Positions 29,179 to 38,262 of a stretch of DNA of 43,433 bases are shown here, one piece after another; within the stretch, counting starts at the first letter, position 1, and each line of letters opens with the position of its first letter. The position numbers were made by a program, and so were the translations under genes. The notes under the pieces are model-generated. The model did no database searches, was not told the DNA's origin, and saw nothing but the letters and a program-made list of their open reading frames with translations. This stretch comes from Gammaproteobacteria bacterium (lineage in GTDB: Bacteria > Pseudomonadota > Gammaproteobacteria > CAMYNG01), in NCBI GenBank assembly GCA_011051615.1, contig DRKU01000092.1, forward strand, positions 1 through 43,433, given 5' to 3'.

Positions 29179-31752
29179 TTACAGCCGTGGTCGCGCGGGG
29201 CGCTGGGCGGGACGGGCGAGGAAGGGTTCGCGGATCAGCGGGCGGTTGTCGAGGCGCAGTTCAAACCAGTACCTGCCCGGTTTCAGGCCGCCGGGGATCT
29301 CGGGTGAAAACTGCTGCCGGCCGCGGGCGTTGTTGATGATCACCGTGGTGGTGACCAGCGCCTTGCCAAAGCGATCGAGCACCCGCGCCTCGAGGACCGT
29401 GATGGCCTCCTTGAAGTTCAGGTAGGCGAAGGCGATGTGCAGGGGTTGACCGGCCTTGAGGATCACCGGGCGGGCCTGGGGTGCCATGGAGTCGATGGTG
29501 CCGTTGGCGAAGACCACCTGGGAAATCCGCGGCTGGTGTGCCGACAGGGCTTTTTCCAGGCTGGCCCTGGCCTCGGCCAGTGGGTCGGTCAGTCCCAGCT
29601 GGCTCTCGGCGCGATCCAGCAGTTGCTGTGCCTGCTGGTACTTGCCGGCATGCACGGCATCGTGGATCTCTACGGCCAGCAATTCAGCAATGCGCTTGAG
29701 TCCGGCATTGGCCGGTTCGTTACGTGCATCGCTTAACAGGATGGTCTTATAGATGTCATAGGCGCTCTCGCCCGGAGGCGTGAGCAGGTTACCGGCCTGG
29801 ATCTGGCGCTCGGCACGGGCCAGTTGTGCACTGAAGGCGCCTTCCTTGTCCAGCTTCGCCTGGATCTGCTGCTTCAACGACAGGAGATCCGAATCCCCTT
29901 CGATGACGCCGAGACCGGTACGCACCGAGGCCATGGCATCGTGCAGGTTACCCGCCTCCATCTGTTTGCGCGCCGTGCGGTAGTAGCCGGTGACGATATC
30001 ACGCATCATCTGGCGGGCCTCGGCATGGTCCGGTTCGATGGCGAGTACCGCGCGCAATTCTTCCACGGCGTTGGCGCCCGCGGGACGTATCAGGGCATCG
30101 CCGGCAATGTAGCGACGCGCCTTGGCCAGATGGAGTTGCAGGGTTTCGGCGCGCAGCAGTTCCTGTTCCAGGTGGCGGAAGCCGTCACGAAAACGCGCCT
30201 GCGGGAAATTGTCTGCCAGCGTTTCGAGCATGTGGCGGGCCTGTTCGAGACGACCTTCCTCGAGGGCGGTGTGAATGCGATCGCTGAACCAGCTACGCAG
30301 ATCACGAATACCCTGGCGGGCAAACTCGGACTGCGGATCGGCATCGAGGATCTGCCGGTAGTGGTTGAACAGCTCATGGGCGTTGTCCGGATTGTCGTCG
30401 AGCCCGGCACGCAAGGCTTCGATCTGCGCACGTACCTCGGCGGAAGGCAGGCCAGGCTGAACCGTTGCCGTCGGCGCGCCGCTGTCGGGACCGGCATCAG
30501 CAGCGGGCGGTGATGGTGTATCTGGTGCTGCCGTCGCCGGGATCTCGGTCGGTGGTACGGCGGGGGCAAAGACCTGCGGGAAGTTCTCTGCCAGCCGGGG
30601 GCGCAGCTCGACCTGCCACCACTGTGTCAGGGGTGCGCGGTAGATCCAGCCCACGGTGCCGGCAACAATGAGCAGGAACAGGTACAGCACGCGGCGCTTG
30701 CGCGCCATCAGGCGCTTGTAATCATTGGTCTCGGTAATGGTGGTCGGCTGGCGCTTTGGTCGTCGCGCCTTGCGGTGCCCCGTGCTGCTCGGCGGAGGGG
30801 GTGTCATGGCATCCACCGAGGTCTGTGACACGGTTGCCGAGACCATGGTGGAGGAGGCGGTGCCGTCGCCAGCGGGCGCGGCGGCGGCCTTGGCCTCGAT
30901 GTAGTCCAGCTCGGCTTCGCTGATGGCCTCCAGCGCGGCGAGCATGTCACCGGCACTCTGGTAACGGTGGGCCGGGTCCTTGGACATGGCAGTGTTGATG
31001 ATGGTCTGGAACACCTGCATGCTGTTGGGCAACTGCGGAATGGGATCCGAGATATGCTTGATGCCCACCGCGACCACCGAGGGTCCGTCGTAGGGCACGT
31101 AACCGGCGAGACACTCGTAGAGCACTACGCCGAGGCTGTAGATGTCCGAGCGGTGATCCACCTTGAGCCCCTTGGTCTGCTCCGGGCTCATGTAGTGAGG
31201 TGTGCCGATGGCCTTGCCGGTGACGGTCAGGCCGGTAGCGGTGTCCTGGTGACTGCGGGCGATACCGAAGTCGGTAAGAATGGCGCGCCCGTCGCTATGC
31301 AGCATGACGTTCTCGGGCTTGATATCACGGTGCACGTAACCTTTCTGGCCGGCGAAGTCGAGTGCGCGGGCCACCTGCTTGACGATTTCGACGCGCTCCT
31401 TGCGGCTGAGATCGTTACGCGCCTGCTTGAGATTCCTGCCGTCGATGAATTCCATGGCCATGTAGTGATGGCCCTGGTGCACGCCGGCGTCATAGACGGT
31501 GATGATGTTGGGATGCGAGAGCTGGCTGGAGATGCGCGCCTCGCGCAGGAAGCGATCACTGAATGTCTCGTCGTGGTGATCGGGGGCCAGCACCTTGAGC
31601 GCCACCTGGCGGCCGATGCTTTCCTGGATGGCGAGGTAAACCGTCGCCATGCCGCCCTTGCCGAGGACGTTCTTGATCACATAGCCGGGGATCTGCACCA
31701 TGCTGGCGACCGGCTTGATGCGGACTGTGGGCTGGTTTTCCTTGGCACTCAT
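29179..31752 (-). CDS. Membrane Ser/Thr protein kinase (Hanks type) with a large periplasmic helical-repeat region and a C-terminal beta-rich domain
   Basis: GKGGMATVYLA, VALKV, HRDIKPENVM, DFG and GTPHYMSPE. Single TM VLYLFLLIVAGTVGWIY. A Pro-rich linker is followed by TPR/Sel1-like repeats (e.g. AGNLLTPPGESAYDIYKTILLSDARNEPANAGLKRI). Confidence 0.9.
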   Translation of the reverse strand: MSAKENQPTVRIKPVASMVQIPGYVIKNVLGKGGMATVYLAIQESIGRQVALKVLAPDHHDETFSDRFLREARISSQLSHPNIITVYDAGVHQGHHYMAMEFIDGRNLKQARNDLSRKERVEIVKQVARALDFAGQKGYVHRDIKPENVMLHSDGRAILTDFGIARSHQDTATGLTVTGKAIGTPHYMSPEQTKGLKVDHRSDIYSLGVVLYECLAGYVPYDGPSVVAVGIKHISDPIPQLPNSMQVFQTIINTAMSKDPAHRYQSAGDMLAALEAISEAELDYIEAKAAAAPAGDGTASSTMVSATVSQTSVDAMTPPPPSSTGHRKARRPKRQPTTITETNDYKRLMARKRRVLYLFLLIVAGTVGWIYRAPLTQWWQVELRPRLAENFPQVFAPAVPPTEIPATAAPDTPSPPAADAGPDSGAPTATVQPGLPSAEVRAQIEALRAGLDDNPDNAHELFNHYRQILDADPQSEFARQGIRDLRSWFSDRIHTALEEGRLEQARHMLETLADNFPQARFRDGFRHLEQELLRAETLQLHLAKARRYIAGDALIRPAGANAVEELRAVLAIEPDHAEARQMMRDIVTGYYRTARKQMEAGNLHDAMASVRTGLGVIEGDSDLLSLKQQIQAKLDKEGAFSAQLARAERQIQAGNLLTPPGESAYDIYKTILLSDARNEPANAGLKRIAELLAVEIHDAVHAGKYQQAQQLLDRAESQLGLTDPLAEARASLEKALSAHQPRISQVVFANGTIDSMAPQARPVILKAGQPLHIAFAYLNFKEAITVLEARVLDRFGKALVTTTVIINNARGRQQFSPEIPGGLKPGRYWFELRLDNRPLIREPFLARPAQRPARPRL

Positions 31753-32150
31753 CGTGGTTCAGGATCCTGAAGTATCTATATCCATGATATTAGCAGGGTA
31801 TTTGATGGATCGGGGGCCGGGATCCGCCGACCCCGTACCCTGTCTTTATCGACCAACAGGGGCAATTATAGAGAGTTCCCGGCCCGGTTTTCCGACCGCC
31901 GGGGGATTGCCGCCGTTGCCCGGGGGCGGGGTATTCTCGCACTCCTGCCCCGTGGAAGAAACGCATCATTGGTATTAATCCCCTATGTGGCCGGCCCTGT
32001 GCTGTATAACGCAAAACCTGCTCCCCGGGTGGACCGCGCGCCCGGGTTTCCGGCCGCGCCGCCGGTCCCGGCCCGTCCTGAACCTTCCGCGCTCGCGCCG
32101 GTCTATCGGAGAACGGGTGGTTTCGGGCAGTTCGACAGGAGAGGCACGGC

Positions 32151-32897
32151 ATGGCGCGTGGCGTAATGGGAATTCTGGTGGCACTGTCGCTGGCGGCCGC
32201 ACCGGTGGGCGCGGCGCAGCAGTTCGCCAGCGACAACGTGCGCGCCACGGTCATCGAGCTGTATACCTCGCAGGGTTGCAGCAGTTGTCCACCGGCGGAG
32301 GACTACCTCAACAGTCTGCAGGGCGATGCCCGCCTGTGGCGGCGCATCTTCCCCATGGCCCTGCACGTGGACTACTGGGACTACATCGGCTGGAAGGATC
32401 GCTTCGCCCATCCCCGTCATGGCCAGCGCCAGCGCGCCTACGCCCGTTTGCTGGGCGCGCGCACCGTCTATACCCCGGCTTTTTTCGTCAATGGACAGCC
32501 CTGGCGCCGTGGCTGGTTTTCGCGCCAGCCGGAACTGGCCGAGGAGGAAGTGGGCCAGTTGCGGGTAACGGTGGATGGCCGACAGCTACATGCCGTTTTC
32601 GAGCCGGCGGGGCACACACCGCGCGTACTGGAACTCAATGTCGCGGTGCTGGGCATGGGCCTCGAGAGCCGTATCGAGGCCGGTGAACGCGAAGGCAGTC
32701 ATACCCGCCACGAGTTCGTGGTGCTTGGCATGGACCGCGTTCCCGCCGTGCGCGGGCAAGCCAACCGCTGGGCCGGCACCCTGCCGACCGTTACCGCGCA
32801 CGGCGCACGCCAGTTTGCGCTGCTGGTGTGGGTCAACGTAGCGGGCGATATCACGCCCCTGCAGGCTACCGGTGGTCCATTGCGCCGCGATCCCTGA
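32151..32897 (+). CDS. DUF1223 domain-containing secreted protein (thioredoxin-like)
   Basis: SD caggagagg and a signal peptide. VIELYTSQGCSSCPPAEDYL...HVDYWDYIGWKDRFAH...YTPAFFVNGQ. Confidence 0.8.
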   Translation: MARGVMGILVALSLAAAPVGAAQQFASDNVRATVIELYTSQGCSSCPPAEDYLNSLQGDARLWRRIFPMALHVDYWDYIGWKDRFAHPRHGQRQRAYARLLGARTVYTPAFFVNGQPWRRGWFSRQPELAEEEVGQLRVTVDGRQLHAVFEPAGHTPRVLELNVAVLGMGLESRIEAGEREGSHTRHEFVVLGMDRVPAVRGQANRWAGTLPTVTAHGARQFALLVWVNVAGDITPLQATGGPLRRDP

Positions 32898-32987
32898 CGC
32901 ATAATATGCGACACGTTCCGCTCCTGAACACAAACGCGCCCGCGTTGCTACAATGGCATCACCATATTCGATACACAGGGAACGACC

Positions 32988-34481
32988 ATGTCGGCCGGAT
33001 TGATGCGCATAAACCTGGCGTGGTGCCTGTGGCTGGCCATGTCGCTGCCCGGTCAGCTCATGGCGGGGGAGAGACACACGGTGTTCAACTGGCAACAGGA
33101 TGGTTTGTTCAATCAACTGGAAGTGGCCTTCACGCGCGCACGCGCGCTGCCCGTGGCGGCCATCCGCGAGGAGTTCGATACACTGGCCGCGCAGCTGGCG
33201 AGTGAACTGGAAACACTCGCGTTACCCGACAGGGGTTCCCCGGCCGGACCACCCACCGCCCTGCTGCTGCGCATCGAGGAACTCCAGTTCCGCCTTGGCG
33301 CGCTGGCCGCCGCACACATCGAACTGTTGCCGCAGGCCCAGGCCGCTATCCATCGTGCGCGTCTGGCGGTGCTGGAGGCGGCACGTTACTGGCCACTGGA
33401 CGTGAAACAGGTCCGCGATGCGGTATATCGCGTTATCTATGGTGGCCGCAATGCCATCGAAGAGGCACTGAATCAGAATCGCGGCGTCGAGTTTCCCGCC
33501 CTCTCGCTGCTGGCATCGGAAGATATGGCCTATCAGTCGCCCGCGGTGCTCATCGAGGGTGTACGCCTGTATAGCGGTGACATCATTCTGTCACGCGGCG
33601 GCGCACCCACCTCGGCATTGATCGCCCGGGGCAACGTGTATCCCGGTAATTTCTCCCACGTGGCCATGCTGTATGTGGATGCCGACAGTGGCAAGGCGGT
33701 GGTGTTGCAGTCACTCATCGAGGCGGGCGCGGTGATCACCAGCGTTGAGGACTTCTTTGCCTACCGCAGTCGCCGCCTGCTGGTGCTGCGTCTGCGCGGT
33801 GATCACCCGGTGTTGAAAAACGATCCCCTTGCGCCACACCGTGCGGCCAGCACCATGCGCAAAGAAATCCTGCGGCGGCATATCGGTTATGACTTTGCCC
33901 TGGACTGGCAGGATCCCGAGCGCATGTTCTGTGCCGAGGTGCCTTACCACGGCTATCGTGGCGTGGGTGTCGAACTGTGGCGCTGGCGTTCACACCTGGA
34001 TGCACCCGGGCTCAAGCGCTGGCTGGGTGATCTTGGCGTGCGTCATTTCGAGACCATCATTCCCGCTGACATCGAGTACGATCCATCGCTGGTACCGGTG
34101 GCCGAATGGCGTGATCTCTCCGCCCTGCGCCAGGACCGCCTCGACAACGCCGTGCTCGATGTCCTCCTCGAGGAAGCCGATCGCGGCCTGCGTATCGATT
34201 ATCGCTGGTACAAATATCCCTTCTATGTGCTGGTCAAGGGCTGGTCATGGCTGGTGGACCAGTTTGGCGTAGAGCCCCCCATACCCGAAGGCATGAGTAT
34301 CGAGGCGGCCCTGCGGGTCAGCGCGCTGGTGCATGATATTCACCCACACCTGTACCAGGAACTGGAGGCGGCCGCCGATGCCTTTCGCGAACAGCAGGGT
34401 TATGCGCCACCCTACTGGGACCTGCTGGAACTCGCCCGCGCGGTACTGGCGCGCGAGAAGGCCTCCCTGCCGCTGCGTTGA
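32988..34481 (+). CDS. Secreted YiiX/YaeF-family (C92, permuted papain/NlpC-P60-like) hydrolase with long N- and C-terminal extensions
   Basis: Signal peptide. YSGDIILSRGGAPTSALIARG...NFSHVAMLYV and IGYDFALDWQDPERMFCAEVPYHGY match the YiiX motifs GDII...S..I....YSHxGM and YDF......YCSEVV. 497 aa, against about 200 aa for YiiX. Confidence 0.6.
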   Translation: MSAGLMRINLAWCLWLAMSLPGQLMAGERHTVFNWQQDGLFNQLEVAFTRARALPVAAIREEFDTLAAQLASELETLALPDRGSPAGPPTALLLRIEELQFRLGALAAAHIELLPQAQAAIHRARLAVLEAARYWPLDVKQVRDAVYRVIYGGRNAIEEALNQNRGVEFPALSLLASEDMAYQSPAVLIEGVRLYSGDIILSRGGAPTSALIARGNVYPGNFSHVAMLYVDADSGKAVVLQSLIEAGAVITSVEDFFAYRSRRLLVLRLRGDHPVLKNDPLAPHRAASTMRKEILRRHIGYDFALDWQDPERMFCAEVPYHGYRGVGVELWRWRSHLDAPGLKRWLGDLGVRHFETIIPADIEYDPSLVPVAEWRDLSALRQDRLDNAVLDVLLEEADRGLRIDYRWYKYPFYVLVKGWSWLVDQFGVEPPIPEGMSIEAALRVSALVHDIHPHLYQELEAAADAFREQQGYAPPYWDLLELARAVLAREKASLPLR

Positions 34482-34497
34482 AGGCGGGGGGCAGGCG

Positions 34498-35370
34498 CTA
34501 TTCGTCGAGCATCTTCAGGGCATTAATCATGCTGCGGCGCATGCGGTTGAAGGACTGACCCAGCGATGCGATCTCATCCTTGCCGGATGCGGTGCAGTCG
34601 GGGGCATCCAGATTACCGAGACTGACTTCATGGGCGATGGCGGACATGCGTTGCACGGGACGCACAACGATGATGTGCAGCATGATGTTGAGGATCACGA
34701 TGATGGCGAGAAATACCCCGATCAGTGAAATCATGAAGGTGCGAAACGTTTCCTCGGCGCGTTGTAGCGGTACGGACATGGGTACGCTGACGATCTGCGC
34801 GCCGACGACCTCGTTGATCTGCCAGCCAAAACCGTTCGATGCGCCGTAGCGCGCCACCATCGTGGTCGGTGCGTTGTCCACCGTGCCGTGGCAGGTGAGG
34901 CAGCCGATATTCTTGATCTCGATGGGACGCGCCATGTACAGGCTGCGGCCGGTTGCGGTTGGGCGTTCACCTACCAGCTCGCGTACCTCACGACGGTTGC
35001 GGAAATGTTCGACGATACTGGCTTCCCAGTCGGTGGCACGCGATGAAGGGTTGGTGGGATTGAGCGTGGCTTCCTTGTAACTGTACTCGGGATAGCGTTC
35101 CCGCAGGCGCGCTACATTACGGGTCGCCGCGTAGGCGGGTACGGTCTGTGGCAGGAATTCTTCCTTGAGGCGGTCGGCCAGCAAGGGACGGATCTCGTTG
35201 ACCGTGTAGTGACGTATTGCCAGCGCGGCTTCCATGAGGATACCGGCGCGATGCAGAATTTCCTCGCGCGCGTTGTCCTGCAGCATCTTGTGCGAAATAA
35301 AGCCGGCCGCAGTGATACCAATGGCAAATGTAAACAGCATCACCAGATTGAACTTGAGACGAATACCCAT
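34498..35370 (-). CDS. Membrane sensor: periplasmic c-heme DUF3365 (Tll0287-like) domain, TM, HAMP, then stop (no output domain)
   Basis: SD AAGGAG lies before ATG 35370. TM1 is FNLVMLFTFAIGITAAGFI. Periplasmic hallmarks are NPTNPSSRATDWE, CLTCH (CXXCH, 34888-34902) and VVGAQIVSVP. TM2 is FMISLIGVFLAIIVILNIMLHIIVV. HAMP is RPVQRMSAIAHEVSLGNLD...DEIASLGQSFNRM. The protein ends 55 aa after TM2. Confidence 0.75.
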   Translation of the reverse strand: MGIRLKFNLVMLFTFAIGITAAGFISHKMLQDNAREEILHRAGILMEAALAIRHYTVNEIRPLLADRLKEEFLPQTVPAYAATRNVARLRERYPEYSYKEATLNPTNPSSRATDWEASIVEHFRNRREVRELVGERPTATGRSLYMARPIEIKNIGCLTCHGTVDNAPTTMVARYGASNGFGWQINEVVGAQIVSVPMSVPLQRAEETFRTFMISLIGVFLAIIVILNIMLHIIVVRPVQRMSAIAHEVSLGNLDAPDCTASGKDEIASLGQSFNRMRRSMINALKMLDE

Positions 35371-35498
35371 TTCCCCGGACTCCTTTTTCAGGTGACTGGG
35401 TGTGGAAAGAACAGAAACCGCACCCAAAATTTTTCTTTTTTATTGTCCGAAGCCTTCGGGCTTCGGGTAGTGCTCGTTATACGTCGACGATGTTTGAA

Positions 35499-37025
35499 CT
35501 AACGTACACTTTTCAGAAATGCAGCACGTTCATCCGCCGAGTCGATATTTTCAGCAAGAAATTCACACAGGCTGTCGTAGTCCGGGAATTTCTTGCGTGC
35601 ACGGCTGATCATGGCCTTGGCAATGGGGCCGACGTAGAGACTGAAAGCCGATTCCAGTTTCTTTACCTGGGCATCGGTCAGCACCACGGCCTTCAGCTGC
35701 TGCGTGGTCAGGCCCTGCAGGCCGCCACCCTTGCTGGTGCTAAGCAGGCGCGCGCGGGCATGGCGGCTGAAATCGTGACGTTGCTCATCGGTATTGAGGT
35801 GTGTCCCCAGTACCTGTATCAGTTCATCCACGTTGTCAGTCTGGCTGGCGTTCTTCTTTACCAGCACACGGGTAATGGGCCCCAGGTGAGGTAACAACAG
35901 CTCGCACAGGGTGTCGATGGTATGTTCATCCCAGCCACCCTGCGTACTGCGATCTGCCGTGGCACCTGCTGATGCTGTGGAGGGTGTACTGTGCACGGGC
36001 GGGTGCGCGGTGGCCTGTCCATCGGTAAGCTCTTCCAGCAGTTCGGACATGGATGCAAAGCGTTGATCGGGTTCGCGCACCAGGCAGCGAGTGATGACCT
36101 TGCGTAGACTCTCCGGTATTTCGTTCAGTGACTCGTCGAGACCGGCGTCGTTGTAGAGTACCGAGTAGATGACGGCATAGATGGTGTCGCCGGTAAATGG
36201 CCGCTTGCCGGTGACCATTTCGTAGAGCATGGCGCCGACGGCCCAGATATCTACGCGGTGATCGACATTCTTGTTGCCCATGAGCTGTTCCGGCGCCATA
36301 TAGGCAGCGGTGCCAACGCTGATCCCGGTGCCGGTGAGTTCGACACCGGACATCTTGGCGACACCGAAGTCGAGGATTTTAACCCCGGCCGAAGTGGTGA
36401 GCATGATGTTGGCCGGCTTGATGTCGCGGTGAATGATATTGTGCTGGTGTGCACTGGACAGCCCGTCGGCCACCTGCTGGATCACATGGCTGGCCTCATC
36501 GGCGGGCATGGGCGAGCGGCGAATACGCTGGCCCAGCGTCTGGCCATCGTAATAGGGCATGGCCATATAAAGCTCACCGCTCGGTGTCTCGCCGATATCG
36601 AAGATGGAACAGATATTGGGATGTTCCAGGCGTGAGGCGGCCCTGGCCTCGGTTATGAAGCGCTCCCGTGCCAGTTCGTCGCCGGCCATGTGACTTGGCA
36701 GGCACTTGATGGCCAGTTCTCGATCAAGGCGCATGTCGCGGGCCTTGTACACTACACCCATGCCACCGACGCCGATTTTTCCCAGCACCTTGTAAGGACC
36801 GATGGTCTGGCCCACCAGTGAACCGGATTCCTCAGGCTTGAAGGCCTGGGCGTCACCCTTGCCGGCGGCGGGCTGACCGGTGAGGCCGATAAGGGTGTTG
36901 ACCTCTTCGTAGAGTTCGTCATCGCCGCGACACGCGCCCTTTATATAGGCGCCACGTTCCGTCGGCGCCAGTTGCATGGCGCTGTCGAAGATCTGCTGAA
37001 CCTTGTCCCAGCGATTTTCGTGCAT
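35499..37025 (-). CDS. Soluble Ser/Thr protein kinase (Hanks type) with an N-terminal helical leader and a C-terminal tandem ~60-aa repeat
   Basis: GVGGMGVVYKA, LAIKC, HRDIKPANIM, DFG and GTAAYMAPE. No hydrophobic helix. The N-terminus RWDKVQQIFDSAMQLAPTERGAYIKGACRGDDELYEEVNTLI is a common leader of bacterial STKs. Confidence 0.9.
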   Translation of the reverse strand: MHENRWDKVQQIFDSAMQLAPTERGAYIKGACRGDDELYEEVNTLIGLTGQPAAGKGDAQAFKPEESGSLVGQTIGPYKVLGKIGVGGMGVVYKARDMRLDRELAIKCLPSHMAGDELARERFITEARAASRLEHPNICSIFDIGETPSGELYMAMPYYDGQTLGQRIRRSPMPADEASHVIQQVADGLSSAHQHNIIHRDIKPANIMLTTSAGVKILDFGVAKMSGVELTGTGISVGTAAYMAPEQLMGNKNVDHRVDIWAVGAMLYEMVTGKRPFTGDTIYAVIYSVLYNDAGLDESLNEIPESLRKVITRCLVREPDQRFASMSELLEELTDGQATAHPPVHSTPSTASAGATADRSTQGGWDEHTIDTLCELLLPHLGPITRVLVKKNASQTDNVDELIQVLGTHLNTDEQRHDFSRHARARLLSTSKGGGLQGLTTQQLKAVVLTDAQVKKLESAFSLYVGPIAKAMISRARKKFPDYDSLCEFLAENIDSADERAAFLKSVR

Positions 37026-37282
37026 TGGCGTATGGCAATCCCAGGTAACCAGAATATTAGAAAACCTTGATGCCCGGCGGCACAGGTAATGCGAATGATA
37101 GTCAAGCGCGCCGGTGCTGTCTAATCTGCGACGAGTAATGGGGATACTTTTCGCATCGCCGTATGCAGATCAACGCGAACGGGCTAGCTATTCATAGTTC
37201 TTATGGTCTATGTGTTACGTACGGAAACACAGCTGTCGCATCTGGTAACAATATTCCGAATGTAATTGTGTTGATGACCGAC

Positions 37283-37308
37283 AAAAAAACGGGGCCATAT
37301 GGCCCCGG
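37283..37308 (-). terminator. Rho-independent terminator of the HDOD-mqo-cupredoxin operon
   Basis: Minus strand reads ccggggcc-atat-ggccccg followed by T7. It begins about 25 nt after the stop at 37334. Confidence 0.75.
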
Positions 37309-37333
37309 AAATACCTGTCCTTGCTTCTGTTTC

Positions 37334-38209
37334 TTACACGACGGTGACTGTCGTGCGTGTAGTGCCAAGCACCTTGCCGGTAACCCAGTGAATGATATCT
37401 GTCTCAATGACGTAGGTACCGGTTTTGGTTGGTGTAAAGAGGATGTCATAGCGTTCGCCTGAACAGGCGCGCAGTTCCTGCACCTCTATCGCACGCGGGA
37501 GGATGCGACCATCCGAGATCACCACCGTACCGGTAAGGCCACCAAAGCGAATACGCTGCGGGTGATAACCGGCACAGATGTAGCGCGCCAGCAGCGTCTG
37601 TCCGCGTTGCACGGTGGCCGAGATCGGCGGCAGGTCCATGGCCGTATCGCCGCTACCATCGACACCGGTGATGATGAAGTAGTCGGGATTGAGTTCGTCG
37701 AGTCCCACGTCCTGGCCACAGGTTCCGGCCGCCCAGTTCAGGTTGTGCCAGGAGGAGTCGATTTCGTCCACCACCCAGAAGGCCTCCACATCATAGGTGG
37801 GACCACCGGAATACATGGTGCCCGGTCCTTCGGGGGGATCGACGATCAACGCACCGTACATGCCCATCTCCGCGTGCAACACCGTGTTAGTGTGGCAGTG
37901 GTAGAAATAGGTGCCCGGATGTGCAGGCCGCCATTGATAGGTATAGGTATAGGTACCGCCGGATACATCCCAGGTGATATGGCCGACACCATCGCTGGCA
38001 TAGTGCGGCTCGATGCCATGGTGATGGATGGTGTGCATCCACATCATGCCGGAAACGGTCAGATTGGTATGGACGATCTGGCCCGTACGGACACGCATGG
38101 CCGGTGAGGGAAAAACATTTCCGCCGCCCATATCGGCGCCCATCATGCCACCACCACCGCCGGCGAGATCGGTAAAGCCCCAGATGGTGACGTTGTTGCC
38201 ATCATCCAT
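37334..38209 (-). CDS. Leaderless two-cupredoxin-domain multicopper-oxidase-like protein (possibly truncated or pseudogenic)
   Basis: WMHTIHHHGIEPH (HxxHxHG-type motif) and YFYHCHTNTVLHAEMGMYGALIV (HCH...H....M type-1/trinuclear motif) both sit in the first domain. There is a Gly/Met-rich loop GGGGGMMGADMGGG. No signal peptide and no SD. Confidence 0.6.
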   Translation of the reverse strand: MDDGNNVTIWGFTDLAGGGGGMMGADMGGGNVFPSPAMRVRTGQIVHTNLTVSGMMWMHTIHHHGIEPHYASDGVGHITWDVSGGTYTYTYQWRPAHPGTYFYHCHTNTVLHAEMGMYGALIVDPPEGPGTMYSGGPTYDVEAFWVVDEIDSSWHNLNWAAGTCGQDVGLDELNPDYFIITGVDGSGDTAMDLPPISATVQRGQTLLARYICAGYHPQRIRFGGLTGTVVISDGRILPRAIEVQELRACSGERYDILFTPTKTGTYVIETDIIHWVTGKVLGTTRTTVTVV

Positions 38210-38262
38210 GGTCAGGCTGCCATGCCGGGGCGGCCTGGTACCCGGGAGGGCCGGGAAGGGGG

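Noticed and set aside
35447-35466. Hairpin ccgaagcc-ttcg-ggcttcgg between the kinase and the HAMP-stub genes, considered as a terminator
   Set aside because: On the transcribed (minus) strand the stem is followed by an A-rich tract, not a U-rich one. On the plus strand the T tract precedes the stem. It therefore does not fit an intrinsic terminator in either direction, and I kept it only as a caveat.
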